From an uncultured Campylobacter sp. (GTDB lineage Bacteria > Campylobacterota > Campylobacteria > Campylobacterales > Campylobacteraceae): a stretch of 64,000 nucleotides of DNA. Every line of letters starts with the position of its first letter. The first letter of the stretch is position 1. A model generated the notes under the pieces. It searched no databases and had not been told where the DNA came from. It saw only the letters and a program-made list of their open reading frames with translations. This document shows positions 35,442 to 45,215 of this stretch, piece by piece. The stretch spans positions 735-64,734 of the forward strand of contig CAUSAC010000005.1 in NCBI GenBank assembly GCA_963529615.1, read 5' to 3'. The translations under genes and the position numbers were made by a program.

Positions 35442-36392
35442 CTAGTGCTTTTTATCTTTAAAAAATCTAACGATCTTAGCCTGTAGCTTGAACCACTCGC
35501 CAAGCTCCATTATAGGATGCCCTGCGTAGTTTTTGCCGCCCGCTAGATCCTTGCTTATACCGCCGCGCGCCGCGATCTGAGCGAAATCGCCCACGCTTAC
35601 GTGCCCGCCGCTGCCGCTCTGTCCGCCCATCACGACGTTGCGTCCAAGCGTCGTCGAGCCCGCAAGCCCCACCTGAGAGACGATGAGGCAGTTGTGCCCG
35701 AGCTCGCAGTTGTGCCCGATCTGAACGAGATTGTCGATCTTGCTGCCGCGCTTAACGATCGTAGAGCCGAACACCGCGCGGTCGATCGTCGTGCACGCGC
35801 CGATCTCGACCTCGTCTTGCAGCACGACGTTGCCGTTATGATAAATTTTAACGTGCTCGCCCGTTTTGGTGTGCGCGTAGCCGAAGCCGTCGCTTCCGAT
35901 GACGGCGTTTGCGTGGATTATGCAGCGCTCGCCGATGATCGCGTCGTTGTAGATGACGGCGTTTGCGTGGATCACGCAGCCGCTTCCGATATGCACGTCA
36001 TCGCCGATATACGCGCCGCTTAAGATGACGCAATCCTCGCCGATCGTGGAATTTACGCCGATATGCACGCCCTGCCCGATCTGCGCGCTGGCGGCGATCT
36101 TTGCGGGCGCGCCGCTGCGAATGAGCGGCTTAGCAAAATGCGCGCTTAAGATCGCAAAGGCTAGATGCGGGTTTTCGCACTCCAGCACTCGCACGCCGCT
36201 TGGGGCTGCGGTGCCGATTTTTACCAATACGGCGGCTGCTTTGGTGGCAGATAAAAATTTCTCGTTTTTGTCGCTATCGCAGTAACTCAGCTCGCTTTGC
36301 CTTGCGTTTTGAAGCGAATTTATCGCGGTGATCTCCGCGTCCGCTCCGCTAAGCTCTATATTTAAAATTTCGGCAATTTTTGATAATTTCAT
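35442..36392 (-). CDS. lpxD: UDP-3-O-acylglucosamine N-acyltransferase
   Basis: 316 aa with an LpxD N-terminal domain followed by hexapeptide repeats (IGDDVHIGSGCVIHANAVIYNDAIIGERCIIHANAVIG). Confidence 0.93.
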   Translation of the reverse strand: MKLSKIAEILNIELSGADAEITAINSLQNARQSELSYCDSDKNEKFLSATKAAAVLVKIGTAAPSGVRVLECENPHLAFAILSAHFAKPLIRSGAPAKIAASAQIGQGVHIGVNSTIGEDCVILSGAYIGDDVHIGSGCVIHANAVIYNDAIIGERCIIHANAVIGSDGFGYAHTKTGEHVKIYHNGNVVLQDEVEIGACTTIDRAVFGSTIVKRGSKIDNLVQIGHNCELGHNCLIVSQVGLAGSTTLGRNVVMGGQSGSGGHVSVGDFAQIAARGGISKDLAGGKNYAGHPIMELGEWFKLQAKIVRFFKDKKH

Positions 36393-36423
36393 TTACGCTC
36401 CTTTGGTTAAATTTTATCGCCGC

Positions 36424-36894
36424 TTACATATCCAGCGCGACGCTGCCGCCGCGGACGACGTCGATCGGATTGTATTTTTTTATCGTCTTTAAAAAGCCGT
36501 CGATGCGGTCTGCGTCGTCGCACGCCATGATGACGATCTTGCTGTCGTCGCTGTTTGCGATGCTGCCGTTGTAGGCTTTTAAAACGGCATCAAGCCCCGC
36601 TAAATTTTCACCCAGCGCGATCTTTACCAAAACCATCTCCTTTTCGACGAATTTTGCATCATCGATGACCTTGTAGACGGGGATCAGCTTATGAAGCTGC
36701 TTAGTGATCTGCTCTATGACGCGCTCGTCGCCCGAAGTAACGATGCTAAGGCGCGATAGGCCGGTATTTGGGATCGGCGCAACGGTGAGGCTGTCGATAT
36801 TATAGCCGCGTCCCGCAAAAAGCCCCGAGATCCGCGACAAAACGCCGTGCTCATCGGTAACGACGACCGAGATTACTCTTCTTATGCTATTCAT
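36424..36894 (-). CDS. ilvH: Acetolactate synthase small (regulatory) subunit
   Basis: ACT domain: RRVISVVVTDEHGVLSRISGLFAGRGYNIDSLTV. The ATG at 36894 lies 1 nt after the ilvI TAG stop. Confidence 0.9.
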   Translation of the reverse strand: MNSIRRVISVVVTDEHGVLSRISGLFAGRGYNIDSLTVAPIPNTGLSRLSIVTSGDERVIEQITKQLHKLIPVYKVIDDAKFVEKEMVLVKIALGENLAGLDAVLKAYNGSIANSDDSKIVIMACDDADRIDGFLKTIKKYNPIDVVRGGSVALDM

Positions 36895-36895
36895 C

Positions 36896-38590
36896 CTAAG
36901 ACTCCTGCTCAAAAATCATATTATAAAGCGCGCCGCCTGCGGGCACCATCGGCCAGACGTTTTCGAAGCGATCGATCTTAGCCTCGATGACGCTTACCTT
37001 TTTGCTAGCAAGAGCCTGCTTCAGCGCGTCTTCAAATTCCGCTTTTGTGCTAACGCTAAAGCCCACGCCGCCGAAGCCCCCCGCAATTTTTACGAAATCA
37101 GGCTGCGAGCTAAGATCGGTCGATGAAAAACGCTGCCCGTAAAATAGGCTCTGCCACTGCCTCACCATGCCTAAGAAATTGTTGTTTAATACGATATTTA
37201 CGACATTTAGGCCGCTCGCGCTCGCCGTCATCAGCTCTTGGATATTCATCAAAATCGAGCCGTCGCCACTGAAATTTATAACCGGTCTGTCTCCCGCATA
37301 GGCCTTCGCGCCCAATGCCGCAGGAAGGCCGTATCCCATCGTGCCCTGCCCGCCGCTACTTAGCAGAGTGCGCGGCTTGCAAAACGGATAAAATTGCGCT
37401 ACCCACATCTGATGCTGTCCCACGTCCGTAGCGATGATAGCGTCCTCGCCCGCAATTTTTGCAGTACTTTGGATAACCCACTGCGGCTTTAAAATTTCAT
37501 CGCTGTCGTTAAATTTAAGCGGGTGAATTTCATCGTATTTGCGGATGAGCTCGCGCCACTGCTCGAAATTTTGAGGGCTGACCTCGTTTTTAATGCGCGG
37601 CAGCATCTCCTCTAGCACCGATTTCACATCGCCCACGATCGGATAATCCGCGTTTATGATCTTTGAGATAGAGCTGGGATCGATATCTACGTGGATGATC
37701 TTTGCGTTTTTGCCGAATTCGCTAAGCTTGCCGGTGACGCGATCGTCAAATCTCGCGCCCAGGCAGATTATCAGATCCGACTCGCTAAGCGCCATATTTG
37801 CGGCGTAGCTGCCATGCATTCCTACCATACCGAGGCGGTTTTTATCATCGCTTCGCATAGCCCCCAGCGCCATAAGGGTTTCAACGACAGGGATCTGCGC
37901 AAACTCGCTAAGCTCGCGTACCAGCTCGCTTGCGCCCGCGCTGATGACGCCGCCTCCGATGTAGAGGATAGGCTTTTTGCAGCTTGCGATTAGCTCGACG
38001 GCTTTTTTGATCTGCTTAGCGTTGCCCTTATAATTCGGCTTGTAAGTCTGCATCTTGATTTCGCTAGGATATTCAAAAACGCCAAGCTTCGCCGTTACGT
38101 CCTTCGGCACATCGACATGCACGGGCCCCGGTCTGCCGCTGCGAGCGATATAAAAGGCTTCTTTTAAAATTCTAGGCAGCTCTTCGATCGTTTTAACCAG
38201 ATAGTTGTGCTTGACGCAGGGGCGTGAAATTCCGATCGCATCAATCTCTTGAAAGGCGTCGGTACCGATAAGCGAGGTCGCCACCTGCCCGCTAATAAGC
38301 ACGATCGGGATGCTATCGCTATACGCCGTAGCAAGCCCCGTAAGCGCGTTCGTAAATCCAGGACCGCTCGTGACGACGGCCACGCCGACCTTGCCACTAG
38401 CGCGCGCGTATCCGTCCGCAGCCATCGCCGCGGCCTGCTCGTGGCGCACCAAAATGTGTCTGAAGTATTTTTGTTTGTAAATTTCATCGTATATGTTCAG
38501 CGCCGCGCCGCCAGGATAGCCGAAAACCACCTCGACCCCCTCCTGCCGCAACGCCTCCACGATCATCTGCGATCCGCTAATTTCTTTCAT
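36896..38590 (-). CDS. ilvI: Acetolactate synthase large subunit (ThDP-dependent)
   Basis: 564 aa with the ThDP motif [12 protein letters not shown] and an N-terminal [12 protein letters not shown]. Confidence 0.95.
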   Translation of the reverse strand: MKEISGSQMIVEALRQEGVEVVFGYPGGAALNIYDEIYKQKYFRHILVRHEQAAAMAADGYARASGKVGVAVVTSGPGFTNALTGLATAYSDSIPIVLISGQVATSLIGTDAFQEIDAIGISRPCVKHNYLVKTIEELPRILKEAFYIARSGRPGPVHVDVPKDVTAKLGVFEYPSEIKMQTYKPNYKGNAKQIKKAVELIASCKKPILYIGGGVISAGASELVRELSEFAQIPVVETLMALGAMRSDDKNRLGMVGMHGSYAANMALSESDLIICLGARFDDRVTGKLSEFGKNAKIIHVDIDPSSISKIINADYPIVGDVKSVLEEMLPRIKNEVSPQNFEQWRELIRKYDEIHPLKFNDSDEILKPQWVIQSTAKIAGEDAIIATDVGQHQMWVAQFYPFCKPRTLLSSGGQGTMGYGLPAALGAKAYAGDRPVINFSGDGSILMNIQELMTASASGLNVVNIVLNNNFLGMVRQWQSLFYGQRFSSTDLSSQPDFVKIAGGFGGVGFSVSTKAEFEDALKQALASKKVSVIEAKIDRFENVWPMVPAGGALYNMIFEQES

Positions 38591-39043
38591 ACGCCCATCC
38601 TGTTTCGTTGGAATAATTTTGTGATTATATTATTTTGTAAATTAAATTTCACGAATTTTAGGCGCTAAATCGGGTCGAATTTCAAATTTAATAGCGGCGC
38701 AGACGGGGCGAAATTTTGGAATTTAGAAAGAGTGGAAAAGGCAAATTTAAAATTTAGCCATAAATTTAAAACGGACGGGATGTTCGGATTTAAAATTTTA
38801 AAGTGCAGATTTGTTTCGACCAAACGCGGCACGGAATTTTTAACGTAAAATTTTGGCTTGAAATTTTACCACGCGAGGCTTGGATTGAATTTATAAAATT
38901 TTTTGGAATTTTATCGTAGCGCGAAGCAACGCCAGCGTAAATTTTAAATTCTACGTTACGAAATTTTAAAATTTAGCCGTAAATTTAGGGCGGGCGGAAT
39001 CTCGATTATAAAATTCTAAAATCCCGCCCGCATAAAATAAATT
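38591..39043. repeat. RAATTY-word-rich spacer
   Basis: It uses the same vocabulary, for example GAAATTTTAAAATTTA at 38960-38975. Confidence 0.7.
38990..39031 (-). terminator. GC-rich hairpin downstream of the ComEA-like gene
   Basis: GCGGGCGG...26-nt loop...CCGCCCGC, 13 nt after the stop at 39044. Confidence 0.35.
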
Positions 39044-39766
39044 TTAAAACCCTCTATCTACCTGCACGCCTACGCCCACACTAGCGCAGTTGCCGCTTTG
39101 CGGATCGCAGTCGCCGAAGCTTGTGACGCTACTGGATCTTTTTGAGCGGATCGTTCCCATATGCATAGGCACCGGCATGTTACGGCGCGAGCTTCCGCCG
39201 ATTTCGCTATCGCTCATACTATTAGAACTTCTCCTGCGAGAATAATCATCGCGCGGAGGTGGCGGTGGCGGAGGAGGTGGTTTTATACCTCCGTGCGGAG
39301 GTGGTGGCATGCCGCCAGGAGGCGGGGGAGGAGGCGGCATCATGTCGCCGTGCCTACCATATGCTCGCGGAGGAGGCGGCGGTAAAGTACCGGTCTCTGT
39401 GATCGTGATGCCATTGCCGTAATTTTCAACGCGTTTGTAAGTATAGCCTCCGTAAACCGTGCGGGTGCGGGTCTTTTCGACTACGACTATATCGCGATCA
39501 GGCTGCACCGGCTGCTGCACATTAGCTCTAGGCGATATTTCAAAGCTCTTCTGCAGTTTAGCAGTATCGTAACTTGCAAAGCCGTTGATGCCCTTTAGCT
39601 CATCTGCACTTGAAATTTCGCGCTTTTGGCGGTATTGCATAAGCATATCCGCCCTGCCCGCATCAAGCCCACCGATCGTCATCAGCTCGTAGCGACTAGC
39701 TTCATTTATGTTGATTTTCGCCGCGGCGAGGCTCACTAAAAGAGCCAAAATCACTAAATTTTTCAT
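39044..39766 (-). CDS. Secreted ComEA-like helix-hairpin-helix protein fused to a polyproline-rich region
   Basis: ATG at 39766 behind AAAGGGG. A signal peptide is followed by KININEASRYELMTIGGLDAGRADMLMQYR (ComEA-type HhH). Then come PPPPP...PPPPPPP...PPPPPPPPP runs and an S/R-rich tail. Confidence 0.6.
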   Translation of the reverse strand: MKNLVILALLVSLAAAKININEASRYELMTIGGLDAGRADMLMQYRQKREISSADELKGINGFASYDTAKLQKSFEISPRANVQQPVQPDRDIVVVEKTRTRTVYGGYTYKRVENYGNGITITETGTLPPPPPRAYGRHGDMMPPPPPPPGGMPPPPHGGIKPPPPPPPPPRDDYSRRRSSNSMSDSEIGGSSRRNMPVPMHMGTIRSKRSSSVTSFGDCDPQSGNCASVGVGVQVDRGF

Positions 39767-39879
39767 GTGCGCCCCTTTGTTGGAAGTTACCAAATTCTAA
39801 ACCCTCACGATAAATCTTTGATTAACACGCAAGCAAAATTTTGCTACAATTGCCTATCTTATTTCAAAAGGATCAACCG

Positions 39880-41478
39880 ATGAACGGAATTTTGCTCCTA
39901 TGCGACGAGCCTGTCGCCTACCAATCCGAACTAAAAAAACTAGATAAAATTTTATCCATGAGCTTTCACAACGTTTTGCAACTTTGCATCGCGGGAGAAA
40001 ATGCTCTTTTTGGCAGAAGCGAACTTGAAAGAGCGCTAGCGGACGGGCAGGATGAGCGCGTGCGAAAGGCGGCAATAGAGCGCTTCGCACAAATTTTAGA
40101 GCAGTGTAATTTTGTGCTGGTTCGCGGCGTAGCGGGAGCCGATCTGCGCGAGCTAAATTTACAAATCGCAAAGGATCTAAATATTCCCGTTTGCGGATTT
40201 TATCCTAACGAAATTGCCGCGCGCATCGGCACGCACTCGATCGCTGCAGCAAAAGCGGTAAGCTTTGCCAGCATATATGAAGGTAAAATTTCATTTTCCG
40301 CGCTAAGACCTGCACAAGAGGGTGTAAATTCTAAAAAATTGGAGCTTTGCGGCAAAAATTCTGCCTGCGAAAGCGATGCAAAATTTCACGACGAAAATTC
40401 CGCTTGCCAAAGCGGCGCGATAGAGCTTGATAAAGTCGTTGCCGACAAAAGCTACTTCACTGACGCCGCAAACTCCACGCGCTGTGAAATTCTAACTCCG
40501 TTGAAATTTGAAAGCAAGCTATACGCCAAGGCTCGCGCGAACGTTAAAACCGTCGTACTGCCCGAAAGCGACGATGAGAGAATTCTACGCGCGGCTGCAA
40601 TTATAAAACAAAGCGGCGCTGCAAATTTGATCCTTTTAGGACGCGAGGATGAAGTGCAAAAAAGCGCAAGCAAGCTAGGTCTCGATCTAGCGGGCGTTAA
40701 AATTTTAGATCCGCAGACGGATGCGAGCTTGGAAAAATTTGCGCGCGATCTATATGAGCTTCGCAAGGCAAAGGGTATGAGCGAGGCGCAGGCGCGCGAT
40801 TTAGTGCGCGACCGCACCTACTTCGGCACGATGCTCGTGCATGAAGGGCTGGCCGATGCGATGGTAAGCGGTGCCAGCACGACTACTGCGGAGACGATCC
40901 GCCCCGCGCTTCAGATCATCAAGACAAAACCGGGCATCGCGACCGTTAGCGGCGCGTTTATAATGTGCCTGGATACGCAGGCGCTGCTTTTTGCCGACTG
41001 CGCCGTAGCGCCGAGCCCGAGCGCGGAGTATCTGGCGGGTATCGCGATCTCAAGCGCCGCGACCGCAAAGGCGTTCGGGCTTGAACCGCGCGTGGCGATG
41101 CTAAGCTACTCAAGCGGCGATAGCGGCAGCGGCGACAGCGTAGAATTTATCAAAACGGCGACGCAAAAAGCGCGCGAAAAGGCGCCGGAGCTTCTAATCG
41201 ACGGGCCGCTACAATTCGACGCCGCAGTCGATGCCGCAGTCGCTAAGAAAAAGATGCCGGGCTCTGCGGTCGCAGGGCGCGCGAACGTATTTATCTTCCC
41301 CGATCTTAACTGCGGAAATATCTGTTATAAGGCCGTGCAGCGCACCGCAGGCGCCGTGGCGATCGGACCGATTTTACAGGGCTTAAAAAAGCCGGTAAAC
41401 GATCTAAGTCGCGGCTGCAAGGTCGCCGATATCGTAAACACGATACTTATCAGCGCAATTCAAGCGGGAGAGAATTAA
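39880..41478 (+). CDS. pta: Phosphate acetyltransferase
   Basis: The C-terminal PTA_PTB domain is clear: VVLPESDDERILRAA...MVSGASTTTAETIRPALQII...FPDLNCGNICYK. I chose the ATG at 39880, which follows AAAGGA. Confidence 0.92.
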   Translation: MNGILLLCDEPVAYQSELKKLDKILSMSFHNVLQLCIAGENALFGRSELERALADGQDERVRKAAIERFAQILEQCNFVLVRGVAGADLRELNLQIAKDLNIPVCGFYPNEIAARIGTHSIAAAKAVSFASIYEGKISFSALRPAQEGVNSKKLELCGKNSACESDAKFHDENSACQSGAIELDKVVADKSYFTDAANSTRCEILTPLKFESKLYAKARANVKTVVLPESDDERILRAAAIIKQSGAANLILLGREDEVQKSASKLGLDLAGVKILDPQTDASLEKFARDLYELRKAKGMSEAQARDLVRDRTYFGTMLVHEGLADAMVSGASTTTAETIRPALQIIKTKPGIATVSGAFIMCLDTQALLFADCAVAPSPSAEYLAGIAISSAATAKAFGLEPRVAMLSYSSGDSGSGDSVEFIKTATQKAREKAPELLIDGPLQFDAAVDAAVAKKKMPGSAVAGRANVFIFPDLNCGNICYKAVQRTAGAVAIGPILQGLKKPVNDLSRGCKVADIVNTILISAIQAGEN

Positions 41479-42710
41479 TGGATATCCTAGTCATAAATTC
41501 CGGCTCGAGCTCGGTTAAATTTAAATTCCACGATATGCTAAATCACGCCTGCATTGCAAGTGGGCTCATCGAGGAGATCGGATCGACGCACGCAAGCGGA
41601 AGCATCAATTGCGCCAATGGACGAGGCATAAAGGTTGAAAACGAGCAAATTCCAAATCACGAAACCGCGATTGCGATTGCGATTGATCTTTTAAAACAAA
41701 GCGGAGTAATCAACGATCTAACTCAAGTAGGCGGCATCGGGCATAGAATAGTCCAAGGTGCGGATTATTTCGACGCTCCTGCACTCATAGATGAGGACGT
41801 AATGGCTAAAATCGCCGAGCTTGCGCCGCTTGCACCACTACACAATCCCGCAAATTTAGCAGGCATTAAATCCTGCCTAAAGATTGCTCCTAAAATTCCA
41901 AACGTTGCGGTTTTCGATACGATATTTCATCAAAGCATCCCGCCTTATGCGTATATGTACGCGCTGCCGTATGAATTCTATGAAAAATATAAGGTTCGCC
42001 GCTACGGCGCGCACGGCACATCGCATTGGTTTGTCTCGACGATGGGGGCGAAATTTTTACGTAAGAAATACGAAAACTTCAATGCCATTACGCTACATCT
42101 TGGCAACGGCTCGAGCGTGAGCGCCATAGAAAACGGCAAGTGCATCGACACCTCAATGGGGCTAACGCCGCTTGAGGGGATCATCATGGGCACCAGATGC
42201 GGCTCGATCGATCCTGCGATCATCCCATACATCGAGCGCGTCGCGGGCTACAACGCGCAGGATATGGACGTCATAATGAACAAAAAAAGCGGACTGCTCG
42301 GCATCTGCGGCGCAAGCGATCTGCGAAAAGTATATGAAAAGATGGAGGATGGCGAGCCGCGTGCGAAACTTGCGTTTGAGATGCTAGTTTACAGCGTCGT
42401 TAAGATGATCGGAGCGTATTATGCCGTGCTCGGGCGTGTGGACGCTTTGATCTTTACCGGAGGTATCGGCGAGAACGCGCCGCATTTTAGGCAAAATGTC
42501 TGCGAGAGACTCGCTCATATCGGCATCGAAATCGATGCGACAAAAAACGCCAAAAATACTGGATCGATTAGAAATTTAAGCGCGGCGGATAGTAAAATCA
42601 AAACGCTCGTAATCCCTACCAACGAGGAGCTGGCGATCGCTGAAGCTACGGTCGATACGATCAACAAAAATTCCGCGCAGATCGACTATCAGAAATACTC
42701 GGAATTTTAA
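41478..42710 (+). CDS. ackA: Acetate kinase
   Basis: 410 aa with ILVINSGSSSVKF, HRIVQG, PLHNP and TGGIGEN. It has a TAATG overlap with pta. Confidence 0.96.
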   Translation: MDILVINSGSSSVKFKFHDMLNHACIASGLIEEIGSTHASGSINCANGRGIKVENEQIPNHETAIAIAIDLLKQSGVINDLTQVGGIGHRIVQGADYFDAPALIDEDVMAKIAELAPLAPLHNPANLAGIKSCLKIAPKIPNVAVFDTIFHQSIPPYAYMYALPYEFYEKYKVRRYGAHGTSHWFVSTMGAKFLRKKYENFNAITLHLGNGSSVSAIENGKCIDTSMGLTPLEGIIMGTRCGSIDPAIIPYIERVAGYNAQDMDVIMNKKSGLLGICGASDLRKVYEKMEDGEPRAKLAFEMLVYSVVKMIGAYYAVLGRVDALIFTGGIGENAPHFRQNVCERLAHIGIEIDATKNAKNTGSIRNLSAADSKIKTLVIPTNEELAIAEATVDTINKNSAQIDYQKYSEF

Positions 42711-42922
42711 ATTTTATCTAGCGGGATTCCGCGGTTATTTTGCGAGCAGCGACGCCAACTTGCCTTTTTTGTTAGGCAATTAAAGTTTGGGACTTGGCTG
42801 TGAGCTTGCATGAAATGAAAGGGCTTTCTTTATTTTAGTAGCTTTCTCGCTCCGACGATACGAGAAGTTGCTACGCTACATACGAGTTTGTGCTTTTCTT
42901 GATAAGGCTTAAATTCTTCCTC

Positions 42923-42969
42923 GGGGGCGGAAGGGGTTCTACTTACGAAGCGTCGCCCCTTCCGCCCCC
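42923..42969. other. Perfect 14-bp GC-rich inverted repeat of unknown function
   Basis: GGGGGCGGAAGGGG-19 nt-CCCCTTCCGCCCCC, followed by AACCCCCCCAC. It is unlike any other hairpin in the window. Confidence 0.6.
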
Positions 42970-43184
42970 AACCCCCCCACTATCCCCACTTGCACGTTAG
43001 AGGTGGCAAAGCTTTGTTTTTAAACAAATCTTTGCTGGTTAAATTTAATAAATTTGGTTTCAAATTTGACCGCAAAATTCCAAAACAGCTCCTTATTGTG
43101 AAATTTACCGGATAATAAGGCATAAAATTTTAAAATTTAGCGCAAGCCGGGTTTTGCCGTAAAGATTTATTAAAGGAGCGAACG

Positions 43185-43478
43185 ATGAGCGATTTGCTAA
43201 ATTCACAAGGCACGCAAGAGCAAGAGGCGCCGTATCCCGATACGAAATTTATCAAATTTTTCGGGCGACTTTACGCGGCAGTTTTTGCGCTGTTTGCGAT
43301 CACGGCGCTTAGCGTATTCGAGCTACCCGAAAATATTTTAGACGTAAGCGCAGCATGCGCGGACTTCGTTAGATTTATGAAGCGGTTTTTTCCAAACATC
43401 GCCGCAATCGGCAAAATAAGCCCACATACGCAGCTTGCGGAATTTTACGTCGCGGCATTGTGTGGGTACCTATTTTAA
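43185..43478 (+). CDS. Hypothetical membrane protein, possibly the 5' part of a disrupted gene
   Basis: 97 aa with one clear TM helix. It is in the same frame as ORF 43557-43760, and two stops lie between them. Confidence 0.3.
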   Translation: MSDLLNSQGTQEQEAPYPDTKFIKFFGRLYAAVFALFAITALSVFELPENILDVSAACADFVRFMKRFFPNIAAIGKISPHTQLAEFYVAALCGYLF

Positions 43479-43556
43479 CGGCTTTCGCGCTAAGCTGCGT
43501 GTATTGCCACATTCTTATACAAAAAAGAGCTTCCCGCCGTCAAGACGCAGCTAATT

Positions 43557-43760
43557 ATGCTTATCGGCATACCTTTTATCTATTGGCTTCTAAATAATTA
43601 TTTCTACGCCGATTTTGCCGTAAACGGCATCCCACACAGAGTAGGCAACGGGCGGACGTTTCCTACTTTTGCGAGCAGAGAAAGCCTTTTTGGTTGGCTA
43701 TCGTTTTTTGGAGGCGGCTCAATGTTTTTTTGGTATGTCTGTTCCGATTTTATTCAGTAA
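43557..43760 (+). CDS. Hypothetical membrane protein, possibly the 3' part of a disrupted gene
   Basis: 67 aa and hydrophobic, with no convincing RBS of its own. Confidence 0.25.
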   Translation: MLIGIPFIYWLLNNYFYADFAVNGIPHRVGNGRTFPTFASRESLFGWLSFFGGGSMFFWYVCSDFIQ

Positions 43761-44042
43761 TATAGTCCACTGGATATCTATCGAGAAATAAAAGCTAAAT
43801 TTTATGAAATCATGGACTAATAAAATTCCGCACCAATAACTTTCAGGGTCATTTTACGAGCGCAAAGCGAGCGAGCGATAAAATTCTGCGCTCCGTTTTA
43901 GAACAAAAACAAGCGACGATTAAATTTAAACGCTCCGGCAATTAGAGCCTTTTTGCGCGGAATTTAAGCGAGCAAACTACGATTAAATTTAAACCGTAAG
44001 CGGCCGCTTTTAAATTTTAAAATTTCACTAAATTTTAAAATT

Positions 44043-45215
44043 TTACTCTCGCCACGTAAGGCGAAAGGTCGTTATCTCGCCCGGCACGCTGTCGTAAGAG
44101 ATAGAAAAGGAGTATTTTTTGCAGACCTCGCTTACGATGCTAAGCCCGATTCCAAAGCCGCCCTCGCTTGAGTTAAAACGCGCAAAACGCCTGAAAATTT
44201 CGTCGCCCCTTTTCTTATTGATCCCTTCGCCGCTATTTGAGATCGCTAGCTCGCCGTGCCTTAGCCGCACATCCACGTAGCCGCCTGCATCGGCGTATTT
44301 TACGGCGTTACTTAGCAGATTGTCGATGAGGCGCGAAATTTCATAGACATTCGCGCTCATGCTCGCATCGGAAAGATCGGTTTTAAGGCTTAGTCTGCGT
44401 TTTTGAATAAACGGCGCAAAATATTCGCAGCGCGAAGCGACGAGGCTCTTTAGATCGATCAAGCTAATCTCGCCCTCCTTATTCATACCGAAGGTCAAAA
44501 ACACGAGATCCTCGTAGATGCGCGAAAGCGTTTTGGCGGCAAGATCGATATTAGCGACGCGATTGGCATTGTATTCTCCAAGCTCTGCGTGCCGCATCGT
44601 CTCAACGCTCATGGAGATGATGCTAAGTGGAGTATTGATCTCGTGGGTGCTATCCTTGATAAAGCGATTTAGCGTGTCAATCTTATCGTAAAGCGGCTTT
44701 GTGCCTAGCCGCACCAGATAAAACGCCACGGCTAGGATTACGCCCAAAAGCGCTATCATCATCGCTGCTGTTTTGATACGAAGCGTTAAAATTTCGCCCT
44801 GCACGCTACTTCCAAGCAGGATGATTTTAGCCTTGGAAAAGGCGTTTCGCTCCTCCATATTTTGCAGATTCTCATAAATTCCTAGCCTTCCGCCACTTAT
44901 AAATTCCGCCTTTAGCTTCGCTTTATCAAGTGCTCCGAGCTCACCGCCGCAGCCGTAAATTTCATCAGAGTTTGGCTTAAATATACACGCATTTACGCCC
45001 TTTTCGCGCTCGAAGTCCGCTAGCGATTCCAGCCCATCCATACTTGCTTTCATATAGATCATCATTTTGATCTCTTTTAGCTCTTTTATCCTGTGCGAAA
45101 GCAGCGCGGCTTCGTTCATCCTGTAATTTATCTTGAAAAAATATCCTAAAAACAATGCACTTGAAATGAGATATAAAGATAGAATTTTAAGCGTTAAAGC
45201 GGTCTTTTCAGACAT
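44043..45215 (-). CDS. Two-component sensor histidine kinase
   Basis: 390 aa with two TM helices flanking a periplasmic domain, the H-box STHEINTPLSII, an N-box LLSNAVKY and a G-box GGFGIGLSIV. Confidence 0.88.
   Translation of the reverse strand: MSEKTALTLKILSLYLISSALFLGYFFKINYRMNEAALLSHRIKELKEIKMMIYMKASMDGLESLADFEREKGVNACIFKPNSDEIYGCGGELGALDKAKLKAEFISGGRLGIYENLQNMEERNAFSKAKIILLGSSVQGEILTLRIKTAAMMIALLGVILAVAFYLVRLGTKPLYDKIDTLNRFIKDSTHEINTPLSIISMSVETMRHAELGEYNANRVANIDLAAKTLSRIYEDLVFLTFGMNKEGEISLIDLKSLVASRCEYFAPFIQKRRLSLKTDLSDASMSANVYEISRLIDNLLSNAVKYADAGGYVDVRLRHGELAISNSGEGINKKRGDEIFRRFARFNSSEGGFGIGLSIVSEVCKKYSFSISYDSVPGEITTFRLTWRE

Noticed and set aside
42972-42978. Homopolymer tracts as phase-variation switches (C7 at 42972-42978, T8 at 59323-59330, A8 at about 56183-56190)
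   Set aside because: All are intergenic and shorter than the G/C8-or-longer tracts that drive Campylobacter phase variation. I saw no such tract inside a coding region. The polyproline region is encoded by mixed GGN codons, not by a homopolymer.
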